Below, in pieces: positions 62,961-64,000 of a DNA stretch of 64,000 nt. The translations under genes and the position numbers were made by a program. This stretch comes from Guillardia theta CCMP2712 (taxonomy: Eukaryota > Protista > Cryptophyta). Location of the stretch: positions 505,808 through 569,807 of the forward strand of contig NW_005434668.1 of assembly GCF_000315625.1 (NCBI RefSeq), read 5' to 3'. Position 1 is the stretch's first letter; the number at the start of each line of letters is the position of its first letter. Under the pieces are notes generated by a model. That model was not told the DNA's origin. It saw nothing but the letters and a program-made list of their open reading frames with translations, and made no database searches.

Positions 62961-63985
62961 TTACTGAGGGCAAACCAGAACTTTGCCTTTCCTGTTCACC
63001 ACTTTGAACTTGGGATGTGAGAGGAGGAGAGGAGTACCTATCGGATCTTTCTCTCTTCCACATTTGATATCGGCCCCTTGTTGGACAAGAAGCTTGACCA
63101 AGGATGTATGACCGCAATGCGCAGCAGCAGACAACGGGGTGAAGCCGATATAATCTTTGTGCACTCCGGTCTGAGCATGTAATCAGTAAGATATGGGAGA
63201 TGTGAGAAGCCCTGACCTTAGGCTGCACAAGATAGTTGATGTCTGCCCCTGTCTGAAGTAGATGCTCGACAATGTGACGTGCTCCTTTCACGCAAGCCTG
63301 TAACTCTTCATCAGTTCTTGTGACCTAGCAATCCCTCAACGACCGCAATGAGTTTGGCGTTGATGTCCATAGACTTCTTCGGCTTGAAAGGCCTGATGGA
63401 CTCCCACATGTGGCTGCGGAACCCGATTCCTAGCGGCACAGGAGAGTCTAAGTGAGATATGGGGAGATGAGGTTGTACGAGATATGGGGAGAGGAGGGTG
63501 TACTCACGGATAGGGATTGTAGCTGGGTCAGTGTGTACGGAACGAGGAGATGCTTGCCACAACACCTTCGCCAGACAAGTGTTAGAACATAGAGATGGCG
63601 GATGGAGAAAGTGATTGTCCATACGTCTCTCACGACCTCCTTGCCGTGGTATCGCTCCAAAGCAGACAACTTGCGGGGGCCGGTACAAGGGCGAATTGTT
63701 CGCAACAGCTGTTCAGGATCAGGAGAGTGAAGCGAGTATGAAATGGAGAGCAACCGGGTAGTTGTTCTTGCGGGGAAATCTCCTGGGGCATACGCTGGTT
63801 CTCTGCTTGACGGTGCCGCGACTTCCTGTGCATTTGCCTCCACGGAGAGAAAGAACCGACCAGGAGGATGATACAGGACGCCATGGCGCAACATCACAAG
63901 AGGAGAGTGCAAGGGTTGAGAAGAAGGAGAGGAGGAGGAGGATGGACAGGGGGCTGCGGCTGAAGGGGGGGGCAGCGGGGGCCAT
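62961..63985 (-). CDS. Ankyrin-repeat protein with signal peptide + VLSLRGG presequence; multi-exon
   Basis: IVEHLLQTGADINY, GFTPLSAAAHCGHTSLVKLLVQQGADI; N-terminus SILLLLSFFSTLALS...WSVLSLRGG. Confidence 0.7.
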
Positions 63986-64000
63986 GGCCGAGGAGCGATA

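Overview
Gene-dense eukaryotic nuclear DNA with short GT-AG introns, microsatellite-rich introns/intergenic tracts and two ~100-N assembly gaps. Bipartite (signal + transit-like) presequences and the intron style suggest an alga with a red-derived complex plastid, most likely a cryptophyte (Guillardia/Hanusia-like; inference). Recognisable genes: NOL10/ENP2, TRM112, plastid stromal processing peptidase (M16), an LRR protein, a SHAQKYF-type Myb, WEE1-like kinase, PH-ATG4, RAB1, a TPR-GT41 (OGT-like) protein, COPA, a TPR-GT15 mannosyltransferase, a family-B DNA polymerase, and ankyrin, IQ and MORN proteins. Main signal: three unrelated genes (TRM112, the family-B polymerase, an ankyrin protein) share the architecture signal peptide + short Ser/basic linker + ubiquitin C-terminal mimic L-x-L-R-G-G. 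In TRM112 the GG sits directly before the native Met. This suggests a deubiquitinase-cleaved targeting presequence for periplastid/nucleomorph proteins. The polymerase lacks the Pol-delta Cys-rich tail, has PIP/NLS-like motifs and an upstream E2F-like site, making it a candidate nucleomorph replicase of possibly viral ancestry. Multi-exon gene boundaries were read by eye and are approximate.
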